NCBI GenBank assembly: GCA_964012805.1
Contig: CAXGUD010000003.1
Location: 1 to 64,000 of the forward strand
Origin: an uncultured Bacteriovoracaceae bacterium
Lineage (GTDB): Bacteria; Bdellovibrionota; Bacteriovoracia; Bacteriovoracales; Bacteriovoracaceae
Length of the DNA stretch: 64,000 nt
Direction of reading: 5' to 3'
Under the pieces are notes generated by a model. The model did not search any database. It was not told the DNA's origin and was given only the letters and a program-made list of their open reading frames with translations. This document shows positions 1 through 11,324 of this stretch, one piece after another. The position numbers and the translations under genes were made by a program. The first letter of the stretch is position 1, and each line of letters starts with the position of its first letter.

Positions 1-39
1 GAAGAAGAAGAAGAAGAAGAAGAAGAAGAAGAAGAAGAA
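1..39 (+). repeat. (GAA)13 trinucleotide microsatellite encoding poly-Glu
   Basis: 13 perfect GAA units from base 1, may continue outside the window. Confidence 0.95.
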
Positions 40-1194
40 GCCTCCCCAGCAATTGACACGAAATTACAAAGAAAAATCAACCGAATTAGAGATCAGAAAA
101 AGTGGAGAGTTGACTACTTTAAAAATATTGAGAAAGAAGACGAAAGCCTTGTATCCGATTATAAAAAAGCTCATAAAGTTCCAGCAAGTGTGATGGCTTT
201 ATTAGCCTTTTTTTGTGTTGTGTTTATTTCTTTATTTATTTTTGTATCTTTTGACTTTTCAACTTCAGAGCCCGGTTTTGAAGATTTATACGTAAGGGAC
301 ATTCAAAGACTTGGCTCAATCGCTAGTTCAATAAACCAAGAAAAGCCTCTTGTCGGTTTGGCTTTAGAAAAGAATGGGAAAGGTTTATGGCTAGCATTAA
401 ACTATGCTGAACCTTATTCCCTTCTTTTGCGCTTTGAGTCTGTTTCAAAGAAAATTCTAAGCTCTGAGAGGGTTGTTTTTAGCGCAAGCTGTACTGTCGT
501 GGAGCACTGGTGTGACATCAAAAATTTGAATATTGAAGAGGGGACAAATATTTTTCCCGGTTTTTATAATGTAAAAGTCAAGGGCTTTCATTTGCCAGAG
601 AAAGAGCCTATTCAAAAAAGGTTGATCTACTTTTTAAAGACGGGGGGAGCAAAGAATGAGAAGCTAAGGTCCTTCACTTTTGAAGGAAGTGCTTTCTTAT
701 TTAAAGGACCTCCGAGTCAATTTAATAGAAAATTAAAAGAAAGAGAAAGAAAATACCTCGAGGAAAATGCACAATTTTTAAGGGAAAAACTTGAAGAATA
801 TAGGACCCTTAAGGCTTTGGTTTCTAGAATGATGGAAATCTATACTGAAGTCCTTAAAAAAATAAGAGTCGGTCGGAAGATTTCAAGGTTTGAGGGTAAG
901 TATGCTGTTACGGTTGGCCCTTTACTTCGGAGTTTAATCCTAAACAATAAAGATCAGTATGATAAGGAAAGGCTAAAAAATTCATTTCGTGCAAAATATA
1001 ACCAAAATGTCTTCTCCTATGGGAGGCAAATAGGGAATTTGGCCAGTGACATGGTTGTTTTGACGTCTAAGAGGAAGAGGTTGGGTCCTAAAACGAAAGT
1101 CAAATTAGAGAATCTATTTAAAAATAAGGTGGATCAGCTGCTTTCAAAAGGGAGCAGATACGTTAAAGAAATAGAGAGCCTTCTGCAAATTTAA
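1..1194 (+). CDS. Hypothetical membrane protein, 5'-truncated (poly-Glu tract, one TM helix, soluble C-terminal domain)
   Basis: The frame of ORF 190..1194 is open back to base 1 (E13-ASPAIDTKLQRK...); hydrophobic stretch VMALLAFFCVVFISLFIFVSF. Confidence 0.75.
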   Translation, partial: EEEEEEEEEEEEEASPAIDTKLQRKINRIRDQKKWRVDYFKNIEKEDESLVSDYKKAHKVPASVMALLAFFCVVFISLFIFVSFDFSTSEPGFEDLYVRDIQRLGSIASSINQEKPLVGLALEKNGKGLWLALNYAEPYSLLLRFESVSKKILSSERVVFSASCTVVEHWCDIKNLNIEEGTNIFPGFYNVKVKGFHLPEKEPIQKRLIYFLKTGGAKNEKLRSFTFEGSAFLFKGPPSQFNRKLKERERKYLEENAQFLREKLEEYRTLKALVSRMMEIYTEVLKKIRVGRKISRFEGKYAVTVGPLLRSLILNNKDQYDKERLKNSFRAKYNQNVFSYGRQIGNLASDMVVLTSKRKRLGPKTKVKLENLFKNKVDQLLSKGSRYVKEIESLLQI

Positions 1195-1348
1195 AGAATA
1201 CAATTTGGAAAATGTTTAGGTTTATAATCTGTTTCTCAAAATTTAAGCGTTGCTCCTAGCAACTCGTTTTTGGAAAGCGTAGTATGGTTACCAATTTTGT
1301 TTGATAAGAAGCCTTGAGGCTTTGGTGATTTTTTGAAGGAGAAATTGA

Positions 1349-2521
1349 ATGAACATTCACGAGTACCAGGCTAAAGACCTTATGAAAAAATTTGGGATAA
1401 AAGTCTTGGGTGGGCAGGTCGCTCATACAGTAGATGAAGCTGTAGAGGCTGCAAAAAAACTTGACTCTAATGTTTGGGTTGTCAAAGCTCAAATACATGC
1501 TGGTGGTCGAGGAAAAGCGGGAGGAGTCAAGGTAGCTAAAAGTCTGGAAGAAGTGAAAGAACACGCCACAAATATTTTAGGTAAGGTTCTTGTGACTCAT
1601 CAAACAGGGCCAGAAGGAAAAGAAGTAAAAAAACTTCTCATAGAGCAAGGTTGTGATATTGATCATGAGTACTATGTGGGTCTCGTCCTTGATAGAGGTA
1701 CTGGTAAAGTTGTTTTTATGGCCTCTTCTGAAGGTGGTGTAGAGATTGAAAAGGTAGCAGAAGAAACGCCAGAAAAAATTCATAAAGTCTTTATTGACCC
1801 TGCAGTTGGTTATACTTCTTATGTAGGAAGACGGCTCGGTTATGCTATGGGCATGAAGGGAGACGTTCTTAAAAAATGCAACAAGTTTTTAGAAGGTCTT
1901 TATAACCTTTATATGGAATCAGACTGTACGGCGGCAGAGATTAACCCCTTAGTTACCACTAAAGATGGGGAAGTTTTGGCCCTCGATGCAAAATTAAACT
2001 TTGATGCCAATGCGATGTTTCGCCATCCAGATATAGATGCCTTGAAAGACCTTAACGAAGAGTCTGAAAAAGAAGTTGAAGCAGCTAAGTATGGGCTTTC
2101 TTATATTGAGCTTGATGGAAATATTGGTTGTTTGGTGAACGGCGCTGGTTTGGCCATGGCAACTATGGATATTATTAAACTTCATGGAGGTGATCCGGCA
2201 AACTTCCTTGATGTTGGTGGTGGTGCGACTAAGGAAACGGTTGAAAAAGGCTTTTCGATTATTCTTTCTGACCCCAATGTTAAAGCAATTCTAGTGAATA
2301 TTTTTGGTGGAATTATGAAGTGCGATATTATTGCTGAAGGAGTCCTTGCTGCAGCAAAAAGCGTTGATCTTAAAGTCCCTCTTGTTGTTAGACTTGAAGG
2401 AACAAATGTAGCTATGGGAAGAAAAATATTGGAAGAATCTGATTTAGAAATTATCACCGCAAGTGATTTTAGGGATGCAGCGATGAAAGTTTGTGAAGCT
2501 GCTAAATCACAGGAGGCTTAG
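1349..2521 (+). CDS. sucC: Succinyl-CoA ligase beta subunit
   Basis: [52 protein letters not shown]. Confidence 0.98.
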   Translation: MNIHEYQAKDLMKKFGIKVLGGQVAHTVDEAVEAAKKLDSNVWVVKAQIHAGGRGKAGGVKVAKSLEEVKEHATNILGKVLVTHQTGPEGKEVKKLLIEQGCDIDHEYYVGLVLDRGTGKVVFMASSEGGVEIEKVAEETPEKIHKVFIDPAVGYTSYVGRRLGYAMGMKGDVLKKCNKFLEGLYNLYMESDCTAAEINPLVTTKDGEVLALDAKLNFDANAMFRHPDIDALKDLNEESEKEVEAAKYGLSYIELDGNIGCLVNGAGLAMATMDIIKLHGGDPANFLDVGGGATKETVEKGFSIILSDPNVKAILVNIFGGIMKCDIIAEGVLAAAKSVDLKVPLVVRLEGTNVAMGRKILEESDLEIITASDFRDAAMKVCEAAKSQEA

Positions 2522-2523
2522 TT

Positions 2524-3417
2524 ATGTCGATTTTAATAAATAGAGATACCAAGTTGATTACAATAGGGTTTACAGGAAAACAGGGGACCTACCATTCTCT
2601 TCAGTCAAGAGACTACGGTACTAATTTCGTAGGAGGAGTAACCCCAGGTAAGGGTGGCATTACTCATGAAGGTTTCCCGGTTTTTAATTCGATTCACGAG
2701 GCAGTTGAAAAAACTGATGCAAATGCTGCGATGATATTTGTTCCTCCACCGTTTGCGGCTGACTCAATTTTAGAGTGTATCGATGCTGAACTTCCTTTGG
2801 TCGTATGTATTACTGAAGGTATCCCTATTTTAGATATGGTTAAAGTTAAATCTGCTCTGAAAGGGTCAAAAACGAAAATGATTGGACCTAACTGTCCAGG
2901 ACTGATTACTCCTGGAGAGTGTAAAATTGGAATTATGCCTGGTCATATTCATATGCCACCTCAGGAAGGTGGGAAAAGCGTTGGAGTTATATCGAGGTCA
3001 GGGACTCTTACCTATGAAGCCGTTTATCAGCTAACAGAGAGGGAGATTGGTCAATCTACTTGTGTTGGGATTGGTGGAGACCCCGTTGGTGGGCTCAATT
3101 TTATAGATACCTTAAAGCTTTTTGAAGCTGATCCTGACACTGATGCTGTCATAATGATTGGTGAGATTGGCGGAAACGCCGAGGTTGATGCAGGGCGCTG
3201 GATTAAGGAAAATATGAGCAAGCCTGTTGTGAGCTTTATTGCTGGTGCTTCCGCTCCTCCAGGTAAAAGAATGGGACATGCCGGTGCGATAATTTCCGGT
3301 GGTGACGATACGGCTGAAGCCAAGTTTGCCATATTAGAGGAGTGCGGTGTGGCCATAGCTCGCTCTCCTGCGGAGCTAGGAGCCAGAGTTGAAGAAGTTT
3401 TAAAATCAAGGGGTTAA
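2524..3417 (+). CDS. sucD: Succinyl-CoA ligase alpha subunit
   Basis: [30 protein letters not shown] phospho-His motif. Confidence 0.98.
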   Translation: MSILINRDTKLITIGFTGKQGTYHSLQSRDYGTNFVGGVTPGKGGITHEGFPVFNSIHEAVEKTDANAAMIFVPPPFAADSILECIDAELPLVVCITEGIPILDMVKVKSALKGSKTKMIGPNCPGLITPGECKIGIMPGHIHMPPQEGGKSVGVISRSGTLTYEAVYQLTEREIGQSTCVGIGGDPVGGLNFIDTLKLFEADPDTDAVIMIGEIGGNAEVDAGRWIKENMSKPVVSFIAGASAPPGKRMGHAGAIISGGDDTAEAKFAILEECGVAIARSPAELGARVEEVLKSRG

Positions 3418-3505
3418 TGAATTTTTTTACTTTAACTCTTGACTTTGTTGAGTCGACTGACTTACGAAGTCTTTGCTTGTTTTCACTTTATTGAAGGAGA
3501 TTAAA

Positions 3506-3934
3506 ATGGCGAACGAACGTACATTTAGCATTGTGAAGCCAAATGCAGTTCACGATAACAATATTGGTAACATACTTTCTCGTTTTGAGGCCGAAGGTTT
3601 GAGACTGGCAGCTTCCAAGTTTGTCAGCCTATCCAAAGAGAAAGCTGAAGGTTTTTACATTGAACATAAAGAAAGGCCTTTTTTTGGCTCCCTTGTTAAC
3701 TTTATGACTTCTGGTCCAGTACTTCTTATTGTTCTTGAAGGAGAGGATGCTGTTGCAAGATGTAGGGAAATTATGGGAGCGACAAACCCTGCTGAGGCCG
3801 GTGAGGGAACTTTAAGAAAGCTTTATGCCAAATCAATTGAGGAAAATGCTGTTCATGGTTCTGACTCAAAAGCTTCTGCCGAGAGAGAGATCTCTTACTT
3901 TTTTGAAGCTCATGAGATAAGTCCACGGTTCTAA
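3506..3934 (+). CDS. ndk: Nucleoside diphosphate kinase
   Basis: [20 protein letters not shown] at 3506 after GAAGGAG preferred to the track start. Confidence 0.97.
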   Translation: MANERTFSIVKPNAVHDNNIGNILSRFEAEGLRLAASKFVSLSKEKAEGFYIEHKERPFFGSLVNFMTSGPVLLIVLEGEDAVARCREIMGATNPAEAGEGTLRKLYAKSIEENAVHGSDSKASAEREISYFFEAHEISPRF

Positions 3935-3947
3935 ACTAATTTTATTT

Positions 3948-3978
3948 AAGGCTTTTCTATTTTGGAAAAGCCTTCTTT
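3948..3978 (+). terminator. Hairpin terminator after ndk
   Basis: AAGGCTTTTC-N7-GAAAAGCCTT followed by CTTT. Confidence 0.65.
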
Positions 3979-4109
3979 AAATTTCATCAAAGGCAAGGCA
4001 TGAATGACGCCTAGGGCGTGGTGTCTTGCTCTTTAAGTTTCTAAATGTTTAAATGACCCCAATTTTTTTAGCCTTATCATGTAGCTTTTACAGGCTTGTG
4101 TAGGGCCAC

Positions 4110-4138
4110 TTGATATATGCAACGCTAGGCAGTATAAA
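4110..4138 (+). promoter_or_regulatory. Putative sigma70 promoter of carD
   Basis: TTGATA-17 nt-TATAAA, ending 32 nt before the start codon. Confidence 0.5.
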
Positions 4139-4170
4139 GGGCAAGTATTTATTTTGCTGCTTGGAGGTAA

Positions 4171-4647
4171 ATGATGTTTAAAATTGGGGATTATGCCGTT
4201 TGTCCCGGTCATGGTGTTGGCCAAATTTTTGATGTCGAGGAGAGGGAAGTTGGTGGAAACCAAAGTTCTTTCTACATACTCAAAATCATAGCAAATGGGA
4301 TGACTGTAATGGTTCCGACTGACAGTGAAGATGGAATTAGAACACTTGTCGGTGAAACCGAAATCGATCAAGTTTACGAACTGTTAAACGATCATGAGGT
4401 TAAGGTTGATAACTCAACTTGGAACAGGCGTTATAGAGAATATATGCACAAAATTAAAACGGGTTCACTTCTTGAAATAGCAGATGTTTTAAGGTCTCTT
4501 TTCCTCTTAAAGAACTTAAAATCTTTAAGTTTTGGAGAAAAAAAGATGTTAGAAAACTGTAAGAACCTTATCGCACAGGAAATTTCTCTCGCGAATGGCG
4601 AAAATACTAAAGATGTTCGTTCAAAAATAGACGCCCAGTTTGTTTAA
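4171..4647 (+). CDS. carD: CarD/CdnL family RNA polymerase-binding factor
   Basis: FKIGDYAVCPGHGVG, MTVMVP, conserved Trp in TWNRRYR, LSFGEKKML. Confidence 0.93.
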   Translation: MMFKIGDYAVCPGHGVGQIFDVEEREVGGNQSSFYILKIIANGMTVMVPTDSEDGIRTLVGETEIDQVYELLNDHEVKVDNSTWNRRYREYMHKIKTGSLLEIADVLRSLFLLKNLKSLSFGEKKMLENCKNLIAQEISLANGENTKDVRSKIDAQFV

Positions 4648-4758
4648 AATAAAGAGTTTTTTGCTGTTTTCTTTTGATTGATTTTCTTTTAAAAGGCCTT
4701 ATTATAGATTTTTATTTTTGGCACACAATACCGATGTGCCAATGAAAACGAGACCAAT

Positions 4759-6234
4759 ATGGCCAAACCAATACAACTTTACAATAATATGTTGCGCAAA
4801 AAGGTTCCCTTCAACCCAATAAAAGAGGGGAAAGTTCTTTTTTATTCATGTGGTCCAACTACTTATGACTTTCTTCATGTCGGGAATGCTAGAGCTCTTG
4901 TTGTTGGAGATCTTTTTCATAGAGTTTTTGATTCGATGGGTTATGATGTCACATTTGTAAGGAACTTTACAGATGTTGACGACAAAATTATCGAAAAGGC
5001 CAATGAATTAGGGGTAGACCCTCTTGAGCACAGTGATCGTTTTATCAAAGAATGTCAGAAAGATATGGAATTTCTTGGAATGAAGGAAGCTTCTTTTACT
5101 CCAAAAGTATCTGAAACAATGGATGAAATTATTGAAATGATTGAGGGCCTTATTGATAAGGAAAAGGCTTACGTGCTTGAAGGGGAGGTTTTCTTTCATG
5201 TACCGAGTTTCAAAGAGTATGGAAAACTATCTAGGAAAAAATTAGATGAGCTTCAGCATGGAAGAAGAGTTCAAGTAGATAAAAGAAAGAAAAATGGTGC
5301 TGATTTTGTTTTATGGAAACCGGCCAAAGAGGGTGAGCCATCATGGGATTCACCTTGGGGAAAGGGTCGACCAGGTTGGCATATAGAGTGCTCTGCAATG
5401 GCAAAAAAGTATCTTGGTGAAACGATTGACCTTCACCATGGTGGTGTAGACCTGATGTTTCCTCATCATGAAAATGAAATAGCTCAAAGCGAGTGTGCTA
5501 ATGGTTGCGAGTTTTCTAAAAATTGGTGTCATAACGAATTCTTAAATTTTGGTTTAGAAAAGATGTCTAAATCTTTGGGTAATGTAATTACAATTCGAAG
5601 TTTTGTTGAATCTTTCGGAGGAGAGGTTTTAAGGCATGTTTTAAGTTCGGTTCATTACAGGTCTAAAATGGATTGGACTCAAGAAGTGATTGAAAAAGCT
5701 ATCTCAGAAATGGAGAGAATTCACGTATTTGTTCAAAATATGAAAGATACAGTTGAAAGTGAGGTAGACGAAGAAAGTGAAAAACACTTATTAGAAGTGG
5801 ACTCCCTCTTAGAAAAAATGAAAAACGAATTATCAGATGACTTTAATATACCAGGAGCATTAAGCAGCTTATTTTCTTTAATAAGAATGATCAACAGAGA
5901 GTATTTTGGAGCTAAAAAAGAGGGGGACAAGATCTTTGTTGGTAAGAGTTTAAGGACTAAAATCCTTGAAACCATTACTTTTCTTGAAAAAAGCACAGGC
6001 CTTGTCTACGAGAATCCTGAAAGTATTTTATCTAAATTAAAATCGGCTAAAAAGTCTCTTTCTGGTACTACAGGCTTAAATGAGGAAGAAATCGAAGAAT
6101 TGGTGAAGGAAAGAACAGCAGCAAGACAAAATAAAGATTGGGCCAAGAGCGATTTAATTCGGGATGAGCTAAAATCAAAAGGTGTTATTCTAAGAGACAA
6201 CCCTGATGGAACTGTTTCCTGGACTTTTAAGTAA
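4759..6234 (+). CDS. cysS: Cysteinyl-tRNA synthetase
   Basis: CGPT, HVGN (HIGH), [17 protein letters not shown]. Confidence 0.98.
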   Translation: MAKPIQLYNNMLRKKVPFNPIKEGKVLFYSCGPTTYDFLHVGNARALVVGDLFHRVFDSMGYDVTFVRNFTDVDDKIIEKANELGVDPLEHSDRFIKECQKDMEFLGMKEASFTPKVSETMDEIIEMIEGLIDKEKAYVLEGEVFFHVPSFKEYGKLSRKKLDELQHGRRVQVDKRKKNGADFVLWKPAKEGEPSWDSPWGKGRPGWHIECSAMAKKYLGETIDLHHGGVDLMFPHHENEIAQSECANGCEFSKNWCHNEFLNFGLEKMSKSLGNVITIRSFVESFGGEVLRHVLSSVHYRSKMDWTQEVIEKAISEMERIHVFVQNMKDTVESEVDEESEKHLLEVDSLLEKMKNELSDDFNIPGALSSLFSLIRMINREYFGAKKEGDKIFVGKSLRTKILETITFLEKSTGLVYENPESILSKLKSAKKSLSGTTGLNEEEIEELVKERTAARQNKDWAKSDLIRDELKSKGVILRDNPDGTVSWTFK

Positions 6235-6242
6235 AAACAAAA

Positions 6243-8240
6243 ATGGAAAAAAATTGCTTTAAACTCTCTTCTGAATATAAACCTTGTGGAGATCAGCCAA
6301 AGGCCATAGAAGAGTTAACTAATTTTTACTCTAATGGTGAGAATGAAAACATTCTATTAGGGGTAACAGGTTCTGGCAAAACCTTTACAACTGCCCATAT
6401 AATTCAAAAGCTTGGAAAAAAGACTCTTATTTTGGCCCACAATAAAACTCTTGCTGCACAGTTGTATGCTGAGTTTAAGTCTTTTTTTCCTGAAAATGCC
6501 GTGGAATATTTTGTTTCATACTACGATTACTATCAACCAGAAGCTTACGTTCCGGGTTCAGATGTTTATATAGAAAAAGATGCTTCTATAAATGATGAAA
6601 TTGATAAACTTAGGCATTCAACGACCAAAAGTCTTCTGACAAGAGATGATGTTATTGTTATTTCTAGCGTAAGTTGCATATACGGAATAGGTTCACCTTC
6701 AGAATATGACTCATTGAAAGCTACACTTTTCGTTGGGGATAATATCGATAGAGACGACTTTCTAAGAAAACTAGTAAGACTTCAATATGATAGAAATGAT
6801 ACGGATTTTTATAGAGGCTGTTTCCGCGTAAGAGGAGACCTTGTAGAAATCTTTCCTGCTAGTGAAGACAAAGAAGTTATTAGAATAGAGTTTTTTGATG
6901 ATGAAGTTGAAACTATCTCTATTGTTGACCCCCTTAGAGGACAGTGTCTTGAGCAATTGAAAAAAGTTACAATTTTTCCAAAGTCTCATTATGTCGTAAG
7001 TTCAAATAAAATGGAAAGAGCAATTGAATCTATTAAAGTTGAACTTAGAGAAAGACTAATAAAACTTGGTAAAGAGGAAAAGTTAGTTGAGAGACAACGT
7101 TTAGAACAGAGAACTTTGCTTGATTTAGAAATGATGGAAGAGCTTGGTTATTGCTCTGGTATAGAAAATTATTCTCGCCATCTTACGGGAAGAAGTCAGG
7201 GAGAGGCTCCCCCTACACTTATAGACTATTTTGGTACAGATTTTTTGCTAGTTATAGATGAATCTCATGTGACTGTTCCACAGGTTGGTGGGATGTTTAG
7301 AGGAGATAGGTCAAGAAAAGAAAACCTTGTTAATTATGGGTTTCGGTTACCAAGTGCTTTAGATAATAGACCTCTTACATTTGATGAATTTTTACTAAAA
7401 ATGAGAACTGTTCTTTATGTTTCTGCAACTCCTGGTGATTTTGAATTAAAAAGAACTTCAGGAGAATATATTGAACAAATAATTAGGCCGACAGGACTTC
7501 TTGACCCTGAAATTGAGATAAAAGATGCTAAAAACCAGGTGGAAGATCTTCTATTAGAAGCAAAAAGTGTAATCAAGAGAGGAGAGCGAGTTCTTGTTAC
7601 GGCGTTAACAAAAAGGTTAGCTGAAGAATTAACGAACTTCTATCAGTCGGTAGGTATGAAGGTTCGTTACTTACACTCAGATATTGATACTTTGGAAAGA
7701 GTTGAAATAATTAGAGATCTTAGGGCCGGTAAATTTGATATTTTGGTTGGAATTAACCTTCTAAGAGAGGGCTTGGATATTCCTGAAGTTTCTCTTGTTG
7801 GAATTTTAGATGCTGATAAAGAGGGATTTTTAAGGAGTGAGAGGTCACTTATTCAAACAATTGGAAGAGCAGCTAGAAACGATAAAGGAAGGGTGATTTT
7901 ATACGCCTATAAAAAAACCAAAAGTATTGAGAAGGCTTGTAGCGAAACAAAAAGGCGAAGGGATTTACAAGAAAAATATAATAAATCTAACGGGATTACG
8001 CCTCAAACAATTACTAAGCCTATTTCTGAAGGTGTTATTGAAGCTATTAGGGGAAGCAAAGGAAAGAAAGGAAAAATTGAAAAGAAACACCTTTCAAGTT
8101 TTGACCTTAAAACTTTGGAAAAAAGGATAAGTGAGCTTAGAGCAATGATGAAACAAGCAAGTAGAGAATTAAGATTTGAGGATGCTGCGAAAATTAGAGA
8201 CGAAATTAAAAGCTTATCTGAAGCGAGGCTTCTTCTTTAA
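6243..8240 (+). CDS. uvrB: Excinuclease ABC subunit B
   Basis: [23 protein letters not shown]-terminal UVR ([11 protein letters not shown]). Confidence 0.98.
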   Translation: MEKNCFKLSSEYKPCGDQPKAIEELTNFYSNGENENILLGVTGSGKTFTTAHIIQKLGKKTLILAHNKTLAAQLYAEFKSFFPENAVEYFVSYYDYYQPEAYVPGSDVYIEKDASINDEIDKLRHSTTKSLLTRDDVIVISSVSCIYGIGSPSEYDSLKATLFVGDNIDRDDFLRKLVRLQYDRNDTDFYRGCFRVRGDLVEIFPASEDKEVIRIEFFDDEVETISIVDPLRGQCLEQLKKVTIFPKSHYVVSSNKMERAIESIKVELRERLIKLGKEEKLVERQRLEQRTLLDLEMMEELGYCSGIENYSRHLTGRSQGEAPPTLIDYFGTDFLLVIDESHVTVPQVGGMFRGDRSRKENLVNYGFRLPSALDNRPLTFDEFLLKMRTVLYVSATPGDFELKRTSGEYIEQIIRPTGLLDPEIEIKDAKNQVEDLLLEAKSVIKRGERVLVTALTKRLAEELTNFYQSVGMKVRYLHSDIDTLERVEIIRDLRAGKFDILVGINLLREGLDIPEVSLVGILDADKEGFLRSERSLIQTIGRAARNDKGRVILYAYKKTKSIEKACSETKRRRDLQEKYNKSNGITPQTITKPISEGVIEAIRGSKGKKGKIEKKHLSSFDLKTLEKRISELRAMMKQASRELRFEDAAKIRDEIKSLSEARLLL

Positions 8241-8305
8241 TCTGTAAAAAGGAAATTTATTCCAATCATTAAATCATTAATAACTTCTTTTGTTAGAATG
8301 GTTTT

Positions 8306-8695
8306 ATGAGAAGGAAGACTCCACTATTTATATACCTAATCAGCCTTTTAATATGTATTTTCTTTTCTAATTTTATTCAAGCTAAAGTAAAGTCGGATAC
8401 ATTTAAAGTGACAGTTAAGGGCCGGTCGATAGAGGTTGTATCTCCCCAAAATTTTAGTGAAAAATTGAGTGTTATTGTTGTTAATGAAAGTCTTACGAAA
8501 ATAGTTTTTAAGGCAATGAAAGATACAGGAAAGTCTTTAGGCTTTTTGATATTGGAACCGAAGTCTTTTGCTAGTCTGAACTTAACTTTTGAGGAAAGTA
8601 ATGTCGAATATTACTTAATTCCTTATTCTCCATCATCTCAAAAAATAATTTTAAAAATTGGGCGAGAAGTTTATGATATCCCATACCAAAAGTAG
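8306..8695 (+). CDS. Hypothetical exported protein
   Basis: Signal-peptide-like N-terminus; overlaps the next gene start. Confidence 0.65.
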   Translation: MRRKTPLFIYLISLLICIFFSNFIQAKVKSDTFKVTVKGRSIEVVSPQNFSEKLSVIVVNESLTKIVFKAMKDTGKSLGFLILEPKSFASLNLTFEESNVEYYLIPYSPSSQKIILKIGREVYDIPYQK

Positions 8696-9830
8696 TTTTG
8701 AAAAAACGATTTTAGTTATTTCAGATATTCACCTGGGTGCGGGTGAAATGGTCAACGGAAAAAGAAACCTATTAGAGGACTTTCACTATGATAAGGAATT
8801 TATTGAGTTTCTGGATTATTACTCTACAGGACCATATGAAAAGAGAGAGGTAGAATTAATAATTAATGGAGATTTTTTAGATTTTTTAGCAGTCCCATTT
8901 GTGAATTATTTTGATGATGAATTTTGGAGTGAAGAAGCTGCCTTAGAAAAGTTAAAAATTATTTTGGATGCTCATAAAAATGTTATGGACTCTTTGAGCA
9001 AATTTATTTCAAAAGGTGATAAAAAATTAATCTATATTGTTGGAAATCATGATGGTGAATTCCTTTTTGAATCGATGAGGGATTACTTCATTAAACTTTT
9101 TCCTAAGACAGTCAGGAATAATATTTTATTTAGATTTGAAAAAGATGGTGAATATAGTCCTCATCCTGGGATCGTGATTAAGCATGGCCATGAATATGAA
9201 ATTCCTAACCAAATAGACCCTGAGGGATCAATTATAATCACCGAGGAAGGAAGGAAATATTTTCTTCCTCCATGGGGCTCTTACTATGTAACTAGAGTTA
9301 TAAATAAATTTAAAGAGGAAAGAGCTTATATTAACTTGGTTAGGCCAATAAAAAAGTTACTTATCAGTGGAATTATTTATGATACGTTGTTTACATTAAG
9401 ATTCATGTTGGCCAATATTTACTACATTTTTATGGTTCGTTTCATTCTTTACTTCAAATACAGTAAAAGTTTAAAAGAGATAATTGAAAATATGAAAAGA
9501 GAACTTAAAGTTTTCCAGGTCTCAGAAACAATTGTTGAGGATTTTTTTGAGGAAAGGAAGGATGTTGGTGTTCTTATAATGGGTCATACTCACTACCCAT
9601 CGATAACAACTTATTTTGATGGAGCCACTTTCATTAATACGGGTACTTGGGTAAAAATGAACTATTTAGACTTCGATAAACAGTCCCAAAATAATGACCT
9701 AACTTATGCAAAAATTAATATTAAAAGTATTAAAAAGAGTGGAAAGGTTAGAAGTAGAAACCTAAAGAATTTAGATATTCATTTTAATGTTTGGAAAGGG
9801 AAGAGTGAGAATCCTTTTAGAGGATTCTAG
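8673..9830 (+). CDS. Calcineurin-like metallophosphoesterase
   Basis: SDIH, GDFLD, GNHD, HGH, GHTH motifs; ATG at 8673. Confidence 0.85.
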   Translation: MISHTKSSFEKTILVISDIHLGAGEMVNGKRNLLEDFHYDKEFIEFLDYYSTGPYEKREVELIINGDFLDFLAVPFVNYFDDEFWSEEAALEKLKIILDAHKNVMDSLSKFISKGDKKLIYIVGNHDGEFLFESMRDYFIKLFPKTVRNNILFRFEKDGEYSPHPGIVIKHGHEYEIPNQIDPEGSIIITEEGRKYFLPPWGSYYVTRVINKFKEERAYINLVRPIKKLLISGIIYDTLFTLRFMLANIYYIFMVRFILYFKYSKSLKEIIENMKRELKVFQVSETIVEDFFEERKDVGVLIMGHTHYPSITTYFDGATFINTGTWVKMNYLDFDKQSQNNDLTYAKINIKSIKKSGKVRSRNLKNLDIHFNVWKGKSENPFRGF

Positions 9831-10333
9831 AACTCTGCATAACAAAGCTCCATGAACATTTTTCCATGAGCAGAGTTTATTGGTATCTCAACCACGGTCG
9901 TTCCAACTGGATACTTTATAGTGTGTTTAGGTCCCTCAATAATTGAAGGGATTGCCATGTTTGATGAGTATCCCATAACAGCGAGGTCTCTTTTGGCATT
10001 CCCCATGATCATGTTACAGATTTCTCCACCAACATCGGCTATGTCGTCATTGTACTCCTCATATGTTTCCATGAGCATAGCACTGGCTACTTTAAAGTAA
10101 GTTTCATAGGGCCAGGAGAGAACTAGCATCGCTCTATATTCGATGGTATCCCCTCCCTTAGTAAGTTCGCCACTAAGACCCAGGACTGATGAAACATCAC
10201 CATTTGAAACTTGACTCTTTTTTAACCCTGGTTTTTGAGGTTCCAGTTTGGTAAAGACCATGGTCTCAAAAACGTTTTTTGCCGCGTTAATAAAGGGTCT
10301 TGAAAACTCGATGAAATTTGTTGCACTGGCCAT
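9827..10333 (-). CDS. cheX: CheX-family phosphatase
   Basis: PFINAAKNVFETM, GEICNMIMGNAK (ExxN catalytic motif), MAIPSIIEG. Confidence 0.88.
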   Translation of the reverse strand: MASATNFIEFSRPFINAAKNVFETMVFTKLEPQKPGLKKSQVSNGDVSSVLGLSGELTKGGDTIEYRAMLVLSWPYETYFKVASAMLMETYEEYNDDIADVGGEICNMIMGNAKRDLAVMGYSSNMAIPSIIEGPKHTIKYPVGTTVVEIPINSAHGKMFMELCYAEF

Positions 10334-10350
10334 TTATGCCCCAACTTTTT

Positions 10351-10869
10351 TTATAATCCTAAACTTGCCATTAAATCGTCAATCGATGATTGCGACATTT
10401 TCTTATTATTTTCGTACTTAACATCTGACTCTACGGAAGCTCTGTCGATATTCTGAAATTTATTTGAGAGCCATTTTAGCCTAGTCGCGAAGGCTTTAGT
10501 ACTTAAACCGTTTAAAGTTTTCGAATTACCTGACTGAAGTGATGTCACCATTCCTCTTAGTAAGTCTACTGCATCAAATAAAATGGCCACAACAACGTTT
10601 AGTAAGGGTAGATCCGTTGTTTGACTTGATTTATATCCTATCACTTTTCCAAGTTCACAGAATCTAGAAATTTCTTCCGCACCTATCGTTTGAGCCGATC
10701 CCATTACTCGATCGATAATTTGACCAAACTTCTCCAGTTCTTTCGCTCCAGATTCGTCTTCTTCAAGTTCTTCTTCAAGATCTTCAAGTATTTCTTCAAG
10801 TTCGTCAAATAGACCCGCAGCTTCCTTACAAAAGTCTTCTATTATCTCTGGGTCATCAATTAATTCCAT
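10351..10869 (-). CDS. Hpt-fold protein lacking the phospho-His, with a CheZ-like C-terminal peptide
   Basis: IIEDFCKEA..LFDELE start; DRVMGSA in place of HTLKGSA; ends SQSSIDDLMASLGL. Confidence 0.7.
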   Translation of the reverse strand: MELIDDPEIIEDFCKEAAGLFDELEEILEDLEEELEEDESGAKELEKFGQIIDRVMGSAQTIGAEEISRFCELGKVIGYKSSQTTDLPLLNVVVAILFDAVDLLRGMVTSLQSGNSKTLNGLSTKAFATRLKWLSNKFQNIDRASVESDVKYENNKKMSQSSIDDLMASLGL

Positions 10870-10891
10870 AGGGTCTTACCTTAAACAAAAC

Positions 10892-11290
10892 TCATGAATT
10901 AAAAATCTTATCAATCTTCTCTTTTAAAACCTGTGCAGAGAAAGGCTTTACAATAAAGTTACTTACCCCGGCTTTAACAGCAATAACAACATTTCCTTGT
11001 TCTGCTTCGGCAGTAATCATTAGGAAAGGTGTTTTTTTAAATTCGTCAGTTGCTCTCATTTTTTTCAATAGGTCTAGCCCGCTCATTTTGGGCATATTCC
11101 AGTCCGACAAAATAAATTCGTATGGAACTCCTTCCTTATTTGCTTTTTCAATAAGAGGCCATGCTGTGGAGCCGTCATCAGCTTGAGTTATATTAGTGAA
11201 GCCGATCTGTCCGAGCATATTTTTGATGATTTTTCTCATGGTCGCCATGTCATCAACGACGAGAATTTTCATATCTGCTTTTAGGCCCAT
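10892..11290 (-). CDS. cheY: CheY response regulator
   Basis: ILVVDDMATMRKII, SDWNMPKMSG, MITAEA, IVKPF; single domain. Confidence 0.92.
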   Translation of the reverse strand: MGLKADMKILVVDDMATMRKIIKNMLGQIGFTNITQADDGSTAWPLIEKANKEGVPYEFILSDWNMPKMSGLDLLKKMRATDEFKKTPFLMITAEAEQGNVVIAVKAGVSNFIVKPFSAQVLKEKIDKIFNS

Positions 11291-11324
11291 TTCAAAACTC
11301 CCTAGATAGCCAAAATGTTAAAAG

